Positions 44,801 through 54,111 of a DNA stretch of 64,000 nt are shown piece by piece. The stretch is from Candidatus Liptonbacteria bacterium (GTDB taxonomy: Bacteria > Patescibacteriota > Minisyncoccia > UBA6257 > 2-01-FULL-56-20), in NCBI GenBank assembly GCA_016194445.1, contig JACQBP010000010.1:75-64074 (forward strand), in the 5' to 3' direction. The translations under genes were made by a program, and so were the position numbers. The notes beneath the pieces were generated by a model. It was not told the origin of the DNA. It did no database searches and saw only the letters and a program-made list of their open reading frames with translations. Numbering within the stretch: the stretch's first letter is position 1; every line of letters starts with the position of its first letter.

Positions 44801-45400
44801 ATGGGCAACTTAACTTTAGTCAAAGGTAGGGCGTTAGTGATTGTGGCGCATCCGGATGATGAGACAATTTGGATGGGCGGGACGATTTTGGCTAATCCGC
44901 AGGTAGAGTGGACGATTTTTTCTTTGTGTCGAGCGGATGACACGGATCGGGCGCCAAAATTTAGAAAGGTGTGCCGGTTTTTGGGCGCGCGAGGCGCGAT
45001 TTCGGATTTAGACGACGAAGAAGTTTTGAGTTTGCGCGAGAGCTTGCCGGAGATTCGCCGACGAATTCGCCGGGCGATTGGATCGGCGCGATTTGATTAT
45101 GTCTTCACACACAGCTATAATGGAGAGTACGGACATCCGCGACATCGAGGCGTCAGTCGAGTGGCGCGAGAGATGGTGCGGAGCGGAGAGATCAAGACGC
45201 AGGCGCTTTATAATTTCAGTTACGAGTTTGATGAAGGGAAAAATCTTTGCCGACCGCGTGAGGAGGATGTTTTTGTGAAGTTATCCCCTACCCTCTTCCG
45301 AAAGAAACAGAAAGTTATCAGCGAGATTTACGGATTTAGGAAATCGACATTTGAGTATATGACTTTGTCAAAAATTGAATACTTCAAATCGATTAAATAG
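44801..45400 (+). CDS. PIG-L/LmbE family N-acetylglucosaminyl deacetylase
   Basis: VIVAHPDDETIWMGGT motif and a downstream H-containing motif. Confidence 0.8.
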   Translation: MGNLTLVKGRALVIVAHPDDETIWMGGTILANPQVEWTIFSLCRADDTDRAPKFRKVCRFLGARGAISDLDDEEVLSLRESLPEIRRRIRRAIGSARFDYVFTHSYNGEYGHPRHRGVSRVAREMVRSGEIKTQALYNFSYEFDEGKNLCRPREEDVFVKLSPTLFRKKQKVISEIYGFRKSTFEYMTLSKIEYFKSIK

Positions 45401-45405
45401 TTAGT

Positions 45406-46551
45406 ATGAAATCAGTTATTCTTTACGCCTATCCGCCGGAGCCGGACGGGTTAAGTCAGCAGGGAGATATGCTCTATCGCGGGATGAAGGAAAACGGCGA
45501 GGAGGTTTGGCCGGTGCATTTGTCGAGCGAGTTTCAGAAGGAATTTTTATATAAATTTTATAAGCCGGATGTGGCGATCGGGGTCGGATTTTGGGGGCAG
45601 ACCCAGGATTTGATTGAGCATCCGCAGAAGTATGGCGTGCAACCGGTGCCGTGGTTACTCGCGGACGGCTGGGTGGCCAATCATCACAAAATCATTTCGG
45701 ATTTGCCTTTGGTTTTTACGACGAGCGATTGGGTGCGAAAGACATTCGCGCGGGACGGGGTGGACACGAAAAACTTTCAAACGCTATACATTGGAGTTGA
45801 CACGGAACTTTTCAAACCGATTTCGCGAGACGACGCGAGAATTTTAAAAATTAAGGAGATGCTCGGAATCAAGCCGGAGGAAATTGTGATTATGACGGTT
45901 GGGGGGGACGTGACTTCGAAAGGGGCGCAGGAAGTGTTGAAAGCGCTCAAGAAGGTGGATCAGGAATTTAAGAATTGGAAGTACGTTTGCAAACTTTGGG
46001 GCGGGCAGAGCGCGGATGATCATTACGACGATGAGATGGTTTTGCTTGAAGAGCTCGGCGATTCGAAGGACAAAGTGATCTACCTTGAAGGTTCGATGTC
46101 GCGAGAGTTTATGCCTCTGCTTTTGAACGCGTGCGATATTTACGCGGCGCCCTCGCGACTCGAAGGATTTGGGATGATTCAAGTGGAGGCGCAGGCCTGC
46201 GGGAAACCGGTGATTTCGATTGATGAGATGGGGCCGAAGGAGACGATTTTAAACGGCGAGACGGGATTTTTGGCAAAAGTGGCGGAGACGGTAGATTTAA
46301 CTTCGGAATGGGCGTACGTTGGGATGGGTTTTGAGGAGGATCACCGGATTGAATTTGAGAAACCAAAGACGTTTGCTTACCGCGCGGATGAAAATGAGAT
46401 CGCAGAATTTTTACTGAAGCTTTTAAAAGATCCAGATCTGCGGGCTAAGATGGGCGCGCGAGCGCGAGAACACGCGGTCAGCAAATTTGAGTATAGAAAA
46501 ATCGCCAAACAGATGGCGGAGGTGATTAAAAATAAATTTGGATTAAGTTAA
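45406..46551 (+). CDS. GT4-family (group 1) glycosyltransferase
   Basis: EGFGMIQVEAQACGKPVISI EX7E motif. Confidence 0.8.
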   Translation: MKSVILYAYPPEPDGLSQQGDMLYRGMKENGEEVWPVHLSSEFQKEFLYKFYKPDVAIGVGFWGQTQDLIEHPQKYGVQPVPWLLADGWVANHHKIISDLPLVFTTSDWVRKTFARDGVDTKNFQTLYIGVDTELFKPISRDDARILKIKEMLGIKPEEIVIMTVGGDVTSKGAQEVLKALKKVDQEFKNWKYVCKLWGGQSADDHYDDEMVLLEELGDSKDKVIYLEGSMSREFMPLLLNACDIYAAPSRLEGFGMIQVEAQACGKPVISIDEMGPKETILNGETGFLAKVAETVDLTSEWAYVGMGFEEDHRIEFEKPKTFAYRADENEIAEFLLKLLKDPDLRAKMGARAREHAVSKFEYRKIAKQMAEVIKNKFGLS

Positions 46552-46606
46552 AATTGGGAGGATTTTTTGAATATCGGATAAGTTTCATTTAAGAAATTAT
46601 ATCACT

Positions 46607-46640
46607 AAAAAGAAACCCCGGCCGTGATGGTCGGGGTCTG
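46607..46640 (-). terminator. rho-independent terminator for minus-strand transcripts
   Basis: CCCGGCC-gtgat-GGTCGGG stem (one G·U pair) followed on the minus strand by TTTCTTTTT. Confidence 0.5.
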
Positions 46641-47005
46641 CGCTACTTCGATTACAGATTTACTAGAAGTAGCGATGGCATGGTTGGCAGTAGCTGGCGT
46701 AGTCATCCAGGTCCTGCCCTTTTGTCCCACAGGTGGGGCATTTTGCTCTTCGGAATGATAAGAAAAATCTGAGAGAACAAAGACCCACGACAACAATAAT
46801 GCATGCATCAACCACTCGTCCTCCTCTGTATTCTCTGATTATTTCGTTGTCTTACCTGAAGGCCAAATTCCCTCAAGAAAGACAACGAAAGATCTCAAAT
46901 TTCTAGTCTAATTATACACTATAATTCTATGCCCTGTCAATAGTCGAAATCGGCTTGATTTTGCTAGCTAAAATGGGATAACCCTTTCGTTATTTTGAAA
47001 AAGAC

Positions 47006-47359
47006 TTAGTTTTTATGGCTAACGGTTTTCTCGAGTTTTACCACTCGGCGTTCTAATAAGGCAAACTCGTCGTGGGCAGTTTTTACTTTTAGATCACTGC
47101 GGATTATGCTTACGTTCTCTTTTACTTCGGAGATATCTTCGGTGTTGATTCGAATGTTAATTTTCATTTCCTCTATGTCTTCTGTATTTCTGGCTACCAT
47201 ATCTTTAATTGCCGTAAGTTGCCTTTCCATACCTACCATCGATTCAGCGATTAGTTTTACCTGGGACTCGAAGCTTTCAATCGCAACGCCTAAGTAGCGC
47301 TGAAAATCCTGTGCTTGCTTAGTTAGAATTTGCTCGAGTTTTTGATCATTTATTTCCAT
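47006..47359 (-). CDS. coiled-coil hypothetical protein (117 aa)
   Basis: Heptad-rich sequence with no recognisable domain. Confidence 0.45.
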   Translation of the reverse strand: MEINDQKLEQILTKQAQDFQRYLGVAIESFESQVKLIAESMVGMERQLTAIKDMVARNTEDIEEMKINIRINTEDISEVKENVSIIRSDLKVKTAHDEFALLERRVVKLEKTVSHKN

Positions 47360-47384
47360 AGTTAGATTTTATTCTTATTGAAAG

Positions 47385-48647
47385 TTAGTTGTCAAATGTA
47401 GCCAGTTTTTTAGTTTTGAGTGCGTTATACGCATACAAATACATTCCGGCGGACCAGGCTTGGTAGGGAGAAGAACCGCCTTCGGGCTTGCCGGTTTTGC
47501 CATCGAGCCACTCGTAAAATCCGAACTCCTTAAGGTTTTTTTCATCCCCCACCTTTTTCAAATGTGAGGGACTGCAGCGGGGAGTTTTAAATACTTCTCT
47601 GTTTGCCTGCGCAAGAAGTTTAAGCTCCTTCTCTGCCTTCTTGTATCGCCTTGTTTTGACGAGGGCGGCCACATAAAATCCGCCGATGAAGGGCCAGATG
47701 CCGGCGTTTAGATAGTGGAAAGCTTCGCGGGCTTCGCATTCGTCGAAGTAAGAGCGCCATTCCTTGTCCCCTTTTCGAATGGGTGGCCAGATGGCTTTAC
47801 AGGGGTAGGGGCGATTGATTTTATTTTTTTCGATGTAGTTTAAAATTGAGTTGGCGATTTGGGGAGTGGCGAGGCCGGTTGTAATCGCTAAAAGATTGCC
47901 GAGAGTGTCGAACCAACTTTCTTGCTCTTTGTGTTTGGGATTAGGGCCGTGAGTTTTCCAGACCCAGGGACGATAAAACCCTAGAGACATGTCGAATAGA
48001 GACAAGTACTTTTGGGTTTCGCCGTTAACGATTTTTTTGAGGTGGGCGGCTTTTTTCTTCTGGCCAGTTAAATTTAGAACGGCATAGTAGAGGGCTTCGG
48101 TGTTTATCACGCGGCCGTATTTGTGTGGGAAGGCATCTTGCCATTCCATAGTTGGCTGTTGGACGAGCAAACTATCTTCGTTCGGATCTTGGTATTCGAG
48201 CCAGGTGAGGGCCGCCTTTAAGCGCTTGGCGTGCTTTTTGAGGATGGATTTTTCTTTGTAAGTTTTGGCGTAAGTGTGGAGGCCGATGATCCACCAAAGA
48301 GTGGAGTCGATAGAATTAAAAGTAATGTCGGAGCGACGCTCGAGGTTGTAGCTTCCGACAGCGTTGGGGATTTGGCCGTGCTTGGATTGGTTTTGGGCTA
48401 GGAGTTCAAGGCTTTTTCTGAAGGTGATTTTTAACTTGTCACTTTTCACATTTAACGTTGCGACTCCAAGTCCTGTAATCATGCTGTCGCGGGCCCAAGT
48501 GGCTTCGTAGCCGCCGGGTAAACCGGAGGCGTAGAAGCCGGTTTTTTTGGCGCAGTGTTCGAGGACCTGGATGGCTTTTTGGTAAGCCATCTCCGTTGCT
48601 TGAATGTTGGAGTGTTGGATTGCTTGATTGCGAGAATGTTGTTTCAT
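47385..48647 (-). CDS. (alpha/alpha)6-barrel glycoside hydrolase, GH125-like (putative exo-alpha-1,6-mannosidase)
   Basis: LPGGYEATWARDSMITG resembles the GH125 ...AMWLRDS motif. At 420 aa, the length fits GH125. Confidence 0.5.
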   Translation of the reverse strand: MKQHSRNQAIQHSNIQATEMAYQKAIQVLEHCAKKTGFYASGLPGGYEATWARDSMITGLGVATLNVKSDKLKITFRKSLELLAQNQSKHGQIPNAVGSYNLERRSDITFNSIDSTLWWIIGLHTYAKTYKEKSILKKHAKRLKAALTWLEYQDPNEDSLLVQQPTMEWQDAFPHKYGRVINTEALYYAVLNLTGQKKKAAHLKKIVNGETQKYLSLFDMSLGFYRPWVWKTHGPNPKHKEQESWFDTLGNLLAITTGLATPQIANSILNYIEKNKINRPYPCKAIWPPIRKGDKEWRSYFDECEAREAFHYLNAGIWPFIGGFYVAALVKTRRYKKAEKELKLLAQANREVFKTPRCSPSHLKKVGDEKNLKEFGFYEWLDGKTGKPEGGSSPYQAWSAGMYLYAYNALKTKKLATFDN

Positions 48648-48758
48648 TTGTTCAATTATAGCATCGTTGAGTACAAAAAATGAATGGGTAATTTTTCCAG
48701 CATTCCATTATAAATGAATATTCTCTTAAGATGGAACGATGGTGAAAAGTGAAAAGAA

Positions 48759-48790
48759 AACCGCCCAGCACACACCATGTGGGCAGTTTT
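48759..48790. terminator. bidirectional terminator-like hairpin (GCCCAG...TGGGC) with U-tracts on both strands
   Basis: It lies downstream of the 48824-49648 minus-strand gene. Confidence 0.4.
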
Positions 48791-48823
48791 CTTTTTCTCA
48801 CTGAAAACGTCACTCTATACAGA

Positions 48824-49648
48824 TTAGAAGACGGTGACACTGGCTACATTAGAGTAGCTTGAGCTCCCCCCTGAATTATAGGCTCTTACTCGATAGTAAA
48901 TTGTTCCTGTTGCATTATTGCTATTGGTGTAAGTGGTTATATTCGAACCAACTGTACCTATTTGACTGAAGCTAGAAGTGCTGTAAAAGCTGCTCTCTAC
49001 CGCGAAACCATCCTCATATTCGGAATTGTCCGTCCAGCTTAAATTTTTAATTGTCCCGCTTGCGTTTGCCGTTAGATTTGAAGGAGCATTAAGCGAGGTG
49101 TAGGTGATTTTAGTTGAGAGGCGACTTACACGCGCTCCTTTTGACCCAGAAACAAAAACAAATCCAGATTGGAGCGTCGTTGACCCATTTTTTATATTAG
49201 GGATTAATAAGAATTCGTAAGGTACTTGGTCGGTGGGAGTTGTGCCACTGAGATAATATTCCCCATCATCTCCACTGTCGCTACCGTTTAATCTATAAAA
49301 AACATTTACGTTTGAGGTTCCTGAGCCGGAAAGGTGATTAGAGGCGCATGGCGTAATTTCGATTGCAGTTATAGCTGATCCATTTGGTACCGAAGAAAGA
49401 TTTATACTGAACGATTCCCTGTTGTTCGTAGCTGTTGTATATATATAATCAGTATTTCCGTTGCACGATGTTTCATCTACGAGAGTGTATTTTAATGTAC
49501 TACTCCCACTTGATGCCGTCCAAGCACTATAAAAACCATTTAAGACGGGGAGAAGATCTGCGGTTGTATCTGCATAAATTTTAATTACTGTTGCAATTGT
49601 CAGTACGGAGAAAGCCAATAAATAAACGGTTAATTTTTTTCTAGACAT
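48824..49648 (-). CDS. secreted protein with a C-terminal fibronectin type III-like domain
   Basis: Signal peptide, and at the C-terminus SAPSNLTANASGTIKNLSWTDNSEYEDGF...YYRVRAYNSGGSS FN3-like sequence. Confidence 0.55.
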   Translation of the reverse strand: MSRKKLTVYLLAFSVLTIATVIKIYADTTADLLPVLNGFYSAWTASSGSSTLKYTLVDETSCNGNTDYIYTTATNNRESFSINLSSVPNGSAITAIEITPCASNHLSGSGTSNVNVFYRLNGSDSGDDGEYYLSGTTPTDQVPYEFLLIPNIKNGSTTLQSGFVFVSGSKGARVSRLSTKITYTSLNAPSNLTANASGTIKNLSWTDNSEYEDGFAVESSFYSTSSFSQIGTVGSNITTYTNSNNATGTIYYRVRAYNSGGSSSYSNVASVTVF

Positions 49649-49752
49649 TTTTATTTGTGTTTTTGATTTTTTATTCGACCTTTACCTCTTCCAATGCTAG
49701 TCTGGCAAGTAGATACGAAATGGTGGATTCGGCGCCTTGGTTCCGCGCTTTA

Positions 49753-49998
49753 CTACTTCGGATGTTTTGAGATCGTGATTACGAAGACAACATCTTTTTT
49801 CATGGTAAAGAAAAATCGGTAGTTTTTATCGATTCGTCCCTGCCAAACATTCTGGGATTCGTCATATTTTTTAGCGTGAATCGAAGGGTGTCGGAGATTT
49901 TTTATCAACAATGAAAATTGTTTATCTGCCTTCGTTTTTAGCTCTTTCGATAGATCGAGGTAGTCGTCTAGAGCTTTTTTCGCAAAAGCTAACTTCAT
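49753..49998 (-). CDS. type II toxin, YoeB/Txe (RelE superfamily)-like
   Basis: MKLAFAKKALDDYLDL...WQGRIDKNYRFFFTMKKDVVFVITISKHPK aligns with YoeB (MKLIW...WDDYLYW...WSRRI...HRLVY...H). Confidence 0.6.
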   Translation of the reverse strand: MKLAFAKKALDDYLDLSKELKTKADKQFSLLIKNLRHPSIHAKKYDESQNVWQGRIDKNYRFFFTMKKDVVFVITISKHPK

Positions 49999-50007
49999 CT
50001 GCTTATT

Positions 50008-50238
50008 TTAACGATTTTTAAGAGCAGTTTTGAATGCTTGAATATTTTTGAATGGGCCGAAAACTCGCCCGAGTTCGATGTCTTTAAGGCCTTCGAAAAT
50101 CGCTTGGTTTAAAACACTTCGCGATTTGGTTGAAATTGAAGCCCGGCCAGTTTTCACTGACTTAATTGGAATTTTAACAATGAGGTATTCTTTGGTTTTC
50201 TCGATAGTGACTTGATTCATTTGGTTTAAAGATACCAC
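50008..50238 (-). CDS. putative cognate antitoxin, with a possible AbrB/MazE-like N-terminus
   Basis: 76-aa ORF 9 nt upstream of the toxin gene (antitoxin-toxin order). It carries an EYLIVKIPIK motif. Confidence 0.45.
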   Translation of the reverse strand: MVSLNQMNQVTIEKTKEYLIVKIPIKSVKTGRASISTKSRSVLNQAIFEGLKDIELGRVFGPFKNIQAFKTALKNR

Positions 50239-50286
50239 AACTGCTTTCGTGGAAGCAAATTTAGGGAAGTTAGGGTGCTGGAATGA

Positions 50287-52506
50287 CTATGACTGCTTAA
50301 TTTCTTCTAATGCAAGGCGAGCTAAGAGATACGAAATGGTGGATTCGGCGCCTTGGTTCAAGTTGATCGCGTACTGACCGACGCCATCGTAGCAGCCGCC
50401 GGTGGCTTCATCGTAGACCATTTGGCCCAAGTGATTTTTGCCGAGAAACCAGTTCATCACTCGGTAGGCGTCTTTCAGGTATTGCTTATCCCCGGTCACT
50501 TGGTAGGCGACCACTTTGGTTTCGACCATGGTCGAAGTTTCTTCGGGTTGCTGGTCGAAGTAGGCGCGCTTTTTGTTGCGGAAGTACCAGCCGTTTTGGC
50601 CGATCGGCGAGTAGTGATCTTTTTCGAAGGTGATCGATTTCAAGAAGTTTAGAGTTTTTTTGGCGACTTCGAGATACTCGGGATTTTTGATTAAGTCGTA
50701 GGCATAGAAAAGGGATTCGGCGAGCTTGCTGTTTGAATAAGTTAATTGATCCTCAAACCAATGCCAGTCAACGCCCGAGTATTCTTTATATTGACCGACT
50801 TGGCGATCAGCCATTTTTTTCATTAGTTTTAGAAGCGCGGGTTTGGGATTATTTTTTAAGTAGAAGTAGAGGCCGGTCATCGCGAAGGCGATGGCGCGAG
50901 GCGAGGTGAGGCGCGGAAGAAACGGAAAAGTTTTGGTGAGGATTTTCTCGGCTTTGGTTCGGATCTCATCCGGAAGATTTTCATTTTTGGCGACTAATCC
51001 AAGCGCCCAAATGGCTCGGCCTTGGACGTCTTCGTCGGCGGTAGCGTCTCTCAATTTTTGATACGAAACGATATTGGCGAATTTGCCGTTGGGACGTTGG
51101 GTGAACTTAACAAAATTGAGATAGGTAGTCATGAGCCGTTCGAGTTCAGGATCGGGTTTGGTTTGATAAGCTTTAGCGGAAACTACCAGAGCGCGGGCGT
51201 TGTCGTCGAGACTGTAGCCGTAGCGTTTTTCGGGTTTGGAATATTTGGCAAAGTGGAAGATACCAAAGCTGTCGGTCATGCGGCGAAGGTGATCGAGTTT
51301 AATATCGGGGAGTTTATCATCCTCGGCTTCGAGATCGGCGAATTCTTTGTATAAATTAAAATAGGCGGTCGCGACGTTCGGCCAAGTCATCGGGCGAGTG
51401 TGTTCATAAGCTTCGCGACCCATTCCTTTTATGCGTTTCTCGTCAGCTAAAATTTCTAGCAAGGATTTGGTGATCGCGCCTGGGTTTTTGATTGGCACGA
51501 GAACACCAGTTTGGGGAGTGACTAGGAACTGTGCGTAGGAAGAGGCGGTGGAGATGACTGGCCGGCCAAAACCCATGGCGTAGGAAAGGGTACCGCTCAC
51601 CGATTGACCTTCGTCGATCGAAGGAGAGATGTACAAATCGGTGGCTTTTAGATATTTGGAGAGTTCCTCGAGGTCAAGATATTTGTTGTAAAACTTGACG
51701 TGTTCTTCTAATCCCAATTTTTGAACTTCAGCAATGAGGGAATTTCTGTAAACTTCACCCTTTTCTTTGGCGACATTCGGATGAGTGGCGCCGATAACCA
51801 CGTAAACAACATTGGGAAATTTTTGGATAACTTCGGGGAGAGCACGGATGGCGTATTGGATGCCTTTGTTCGGACTTAAGAGGCCGAAGGTCGAAAGAAC
51901 AGTTTTGCTTTCAAGCCCGAGTTCGATTTTGTATTTTTCACTGGATTCAAAAGCGGTTTGGGGAATGCCATGCGGAACGAGCCGGATTTTCGTTTCGTCG
52001 ATGCCATAATCATTTTTCAAAATATCCTTGGAGAGCGAATTCATGACGATCACGGCGCGAGATTTATCCACAATCGCGCGAACAATATTTTTCAGATCGT
52101 CCTCGGGATCAGGAATGGCGGTGTGAAAAGTGGTCACGACCGGCTTTTCGATGACTTGGAGAAAGGGAATAATGTAGTCACCCCAGTTGCCGCCGTAGAG
52201 ACCAAATTCGTGTTGGAGATTGACAACTTTGATTTCGTTGTTTTGGTTAATTTCGCGAGCGAGATTGACGTAATTGGAAATTTCGTTCGAATTGATTTCA
52301 TCGGCTACTTTGGTTGGGTAGTTATAAATAGCGGTCGGATTGTCGTTTAAAGCGACGATGCGGGATTTAACCGCTGGATTGAATTTGGTGTCTAAAGCGG
52401 CGGTGATGTCTTTCGTAAAGGTGGCGATGCCGCAAGCTCTTGGCGGATAAGAACTGATATGAATTACGAAATTGGAATTTTTTCGCCCGACTTCTTTGAG
52501 GTTCAT
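50287..52506 (-). CDS. GT4 glycosyltransferase fused to a C-terminal (alpha/alpha)6 glycoside-hydrolase-like domain
   Basis: N-terminal half shows a GT4 fold (DLYISPSIDEGQSVSGTLSYAMGFGRPVIST). The ~330-aa C-terminal domain (GYSLDDNARALVVS...GRAIWALG) resembles six-hairpin glycosidases. Confidence 0.65.
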   Translation of the reverse strand: MNLKEVGRKNSNFVIHISSYPPRACGIATFTKDITAALDTKFNPAVKSRIVALNDNPTAIYNYPTKVADEINSNEISNYVNLAREINQNNEIKVVNLQHEFGLYGGNWGDYIIPFLQVIEKPVVTTFHTAIPDPEDDLKNIVRAIVDKSRAVIVMNSLSKDILKNDYGIDETKIRLVPHGIPQTAFESSEKYKIELGLESKTVLSTFGLLSPNKGIQYAIRALPEVIQKFPNVVYVVIGATHPNVAKEKGEVYRNSLIAEVQKLGLEEHVKFYNKYLDLEELSKYLKATDLYISPSIDEGQSVSGTLSYAMGFGRPVISTASSYAQFLVTPQTGVLVPIKNPGAITKSLLEILADEKRIKGMGREAYEHTRPMTWPNVATAYFNLYKEFADLEAEDDKLPDIKLDHLRRMTDSFGIFHFAKYSKPEKRYGYSLDDNARALVVSAKAYQTKPDPELERLMTTYLNFVKFTQRPNGKFANIVSYQKLRDATADEDVQGRAIWALGLVAKNENLPDEIRTKAEKILTKTFPFLPRLTSPRAIAFAMTGLYFYLKNNPKPALLKLMKKMADRQVGQYKEYSGVDWHWFEDQLTYSNSKLAESLFYAYDLIKNPEYLEVAKKTLNFLKSITFEKDHYSPIGQNGWYFRNKKRAYFDQQPEETSTMVETKVVAYQVTGDKQYLKDAYRVMNWFLGKNHLGQMVYDEATGGCYDGVGQYAINLNQGAESTISYLLARLALEEIKQS

Positions 52507-52590
52507 GTTAAGAAATTGAAAATTTAAAAAGCAAAATGAAAAATTTTGGTATCCCTTTGGGAGGATTGTTTAATTTTCTAACGGGATTCA

Positions 52591-53640
52591 TTAGCGAATG
52601 TTGTGATATTTGGCCTTTCGGATGATTTCGAGACAGAGTTTGTCGAGATTGACTTTGGCGACACCGATATATTTGTCGGCGGCGCCGTAGTAGATATATA
52701 AGTCTTCATCAAAAATGGCAGTGCCGGTTGGGAAGACGACGTTTGAAACAAAGCCCTGTTTCTCCCACTTTTCTTCGGGTGATAGGAGTGGTTGGTGGAG
52801 GCGTCCTTTGTATTTTAAAGGATCATTGCCGTCCAGAAGGGCGGCGGCGCCGCGATAGATGCGCGATTGGTTTAATTCTTCGACAGCGTGGTAAATCAGA
52901 AGCCAGCCGTATTTGGTTTTGATGGGTGGTGCTCCCCCGCCGATGTTGCGGGATTCGAACCAATATTTGTTTTCGAGTAAAACGTATTTAGTCAGATTTT
53001 TTAAATAGTCCTTCCAAAATTTTTTACTTTTGAGTTGTTCGAAATTATTAAAGTAAACGATTTGGATGTCGGGGAGGATGCGATGGATCATGGCGAACTT
53101 GCCGTTAATTTTTTTTGGGAAAAGGAAAACATCTTTTTCCCAAAGGAAGACATCTTGGCCGGCGTATTCTTCGTAAAAGGATTCGAACATAAAATATCGA
53201 TCTTTTAATTTTTCTTTTCTGAAAATTCTTCCGACTTGGTCGTAGGTGATGCGCGGGGTGATGACGCCTTTCTTTTCTAAATTTTTTAAATCTTTACCCA
53301 TGGCATAAGCGGTCACCGCGTTTTTTCCATCATGGGCAACGTAGGTCAGATAGAAAGTGCCGTCGATTTTGACTATTCTTGGGTCTTCGCAACCCTTTTT
53401 TTCGTATTCAAACTCTTTTTGGATGATGGGTCGGTCCCAGCGCTCAACAACTTTGGTGGGGCCTTTTAGTTTGGCGTAACCGATTGAAGAGATGTGTTTT
53501 TTATTGATGGCGCGGTAAAAGATGTGCACAAACTCGCCGTCTTGGTAGACGCCGGGATTTAAAACAGAGAGATCTTCGAATTTATTTTTAGTCGGAGCGA
53601 GGAGGATGCCCAGCTTCTCGACTTTGATGTGATCGTTCAT
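52591..53640 (-). CDS. GH130 family glycosidase/phosphorylase (beta-mannoside-acting)
   Basis: CEDPRIVKIDGTFYLTYVAHDG and GGGAPPIKTKYGWLLIYHAV motifs typical of GH130 (DUF377). Confidence 0.75.
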   Translation of the reverse strand: MNDHIKVEKLGILLAPTKNKFEDLSVLNPGVYQDGEFVHIFYRAINKKHISSIGYAKLKGPTKVVERWDRPIIQKEFEYEKKGCEDPRIVKIDGTFYLTYVAHDGKNAVTAYAMGKDLKNLEKKGVITPRITYDQVGRIFRKEKLKDRYFMFESFYEEYAGQDVFLWEKDVFLFPKKINGKFAMIHRILPDIQIVYFNNFEQLKSKKFWKDYLKNLTKYVLLENKYWFESRNIGGGAPPIKTKYGWLLIYHAVEELNQSRIYRGAAALLDGNDPLKYKGRLHQPLLSPEEKWEKQGFVSNVVFPTGTAIFDEDLYIYYGAADKYIGVAKVNLDKLCLEIIRKAKYHNIR

Positions 53641-53847
53641 CCCGTTAGAGATAGGAAACGATTACGTTTCTGCGGAAGTCAGGCGCGACCTTTAGTTGTT
53701 GCGAAATCATTTTTACAAAATTAGATTTAATTCGTTGATGGGTCATCTCTACCGGGATTCATTTCGACCGCGATTCAAACGCAATTCTCCGGACCGCTCT
53801 CGGCTCGGACTTACCTAAATTGTATCACATCTGGATTTAATTGAAAT

Positions 53848-53880
53848 GGAAAAACCCCTGATGCGTGATCAGGGGTTTTC
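53848..53880. terminator. rho-independent terminator (AAAAACCCCTGAT-gcgtg-ATCAGGGGTTTT) downstream of tRNA-Lys
   Basis: Perfect 8-bp stem flanked by A- and T-tracts. Confidence 0.65.
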
Positions 53881-53888
53881 GGTTACAG

Positions 53889-53962
53889 TGCCTCCTGTAG
53901 GATTTGAACCTACGACCATCTCCTTAAAAGGGAGCTGCTCTACCGGACTGAGCTAAGGAGGC
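53889..53962 (-). tRNA. tRNA-Lys (anticodon UUU)
   Basis: Manual fold: 7-bp acceptor stem GCCTCCT/AGGAGGC, D-stem GCTC/GAGC, anticodon loop CTTTTAA, T-arm GTAGG-TTCAAAT-CCTAC, discriminator A. CCA is not encoded. Confidence 0.8.
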
Positions 53963-54111
53963 ATTAATTTTTAGCAACGAACCAATCGATAAAGCGAAGC
54001 CTTATTAAAGGGAGCTACCCCTCCCGCGCTAAAGCTTCGGGCGGGCAAGTCTGCCGGACTGACCTGCCTATCGACAAGCAGAGCTCCGGGCGCAAATAAT
54101 CGAGAATTATT

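Larger units (their letters stand above)
49744..50359 (-). mobile_element. ~0.6 kb integrated cassette carrying a toxin-antitoxin pair, bounded by a 32-bp perfect direct repeat (GATACGAAATGGTGGATTCGGCGCCTTGGTTC)
   Basis: The direct repeats lie at 49712-49743 and 50328-50359. Each is followed, on the minus strand, by a copy of the same 24-codon C-terminal coding tail of the adjacent glycosyltransferase (NQGAESTISYLLARLALEE-IKQS* versus -VKVE*). The two tails differ by synonymous substitutions. Confidence 0.55.

Noticed and set aside
46605-46811. 68-aa minus-strand ORF 46605-46811 and a 27-aa hydrophobic plus-strand ORF
   Set aside because: No ribosome-binding site, odd composition, and overlap with a terminator hairpin. 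They are more likely non-coding 3' UTR or terminator region.
53963-54111. Candidate small RNA or SRP RNA between tRNA-Lys and dnaJ (GC-rich, GGTCAGTCCGG segment)
   Set aside because: It lacks the conserved SRP domain IV sequence (GGAAGCAGCC-like) and a convincing extended helix. It cannot be supported from sequence alone.
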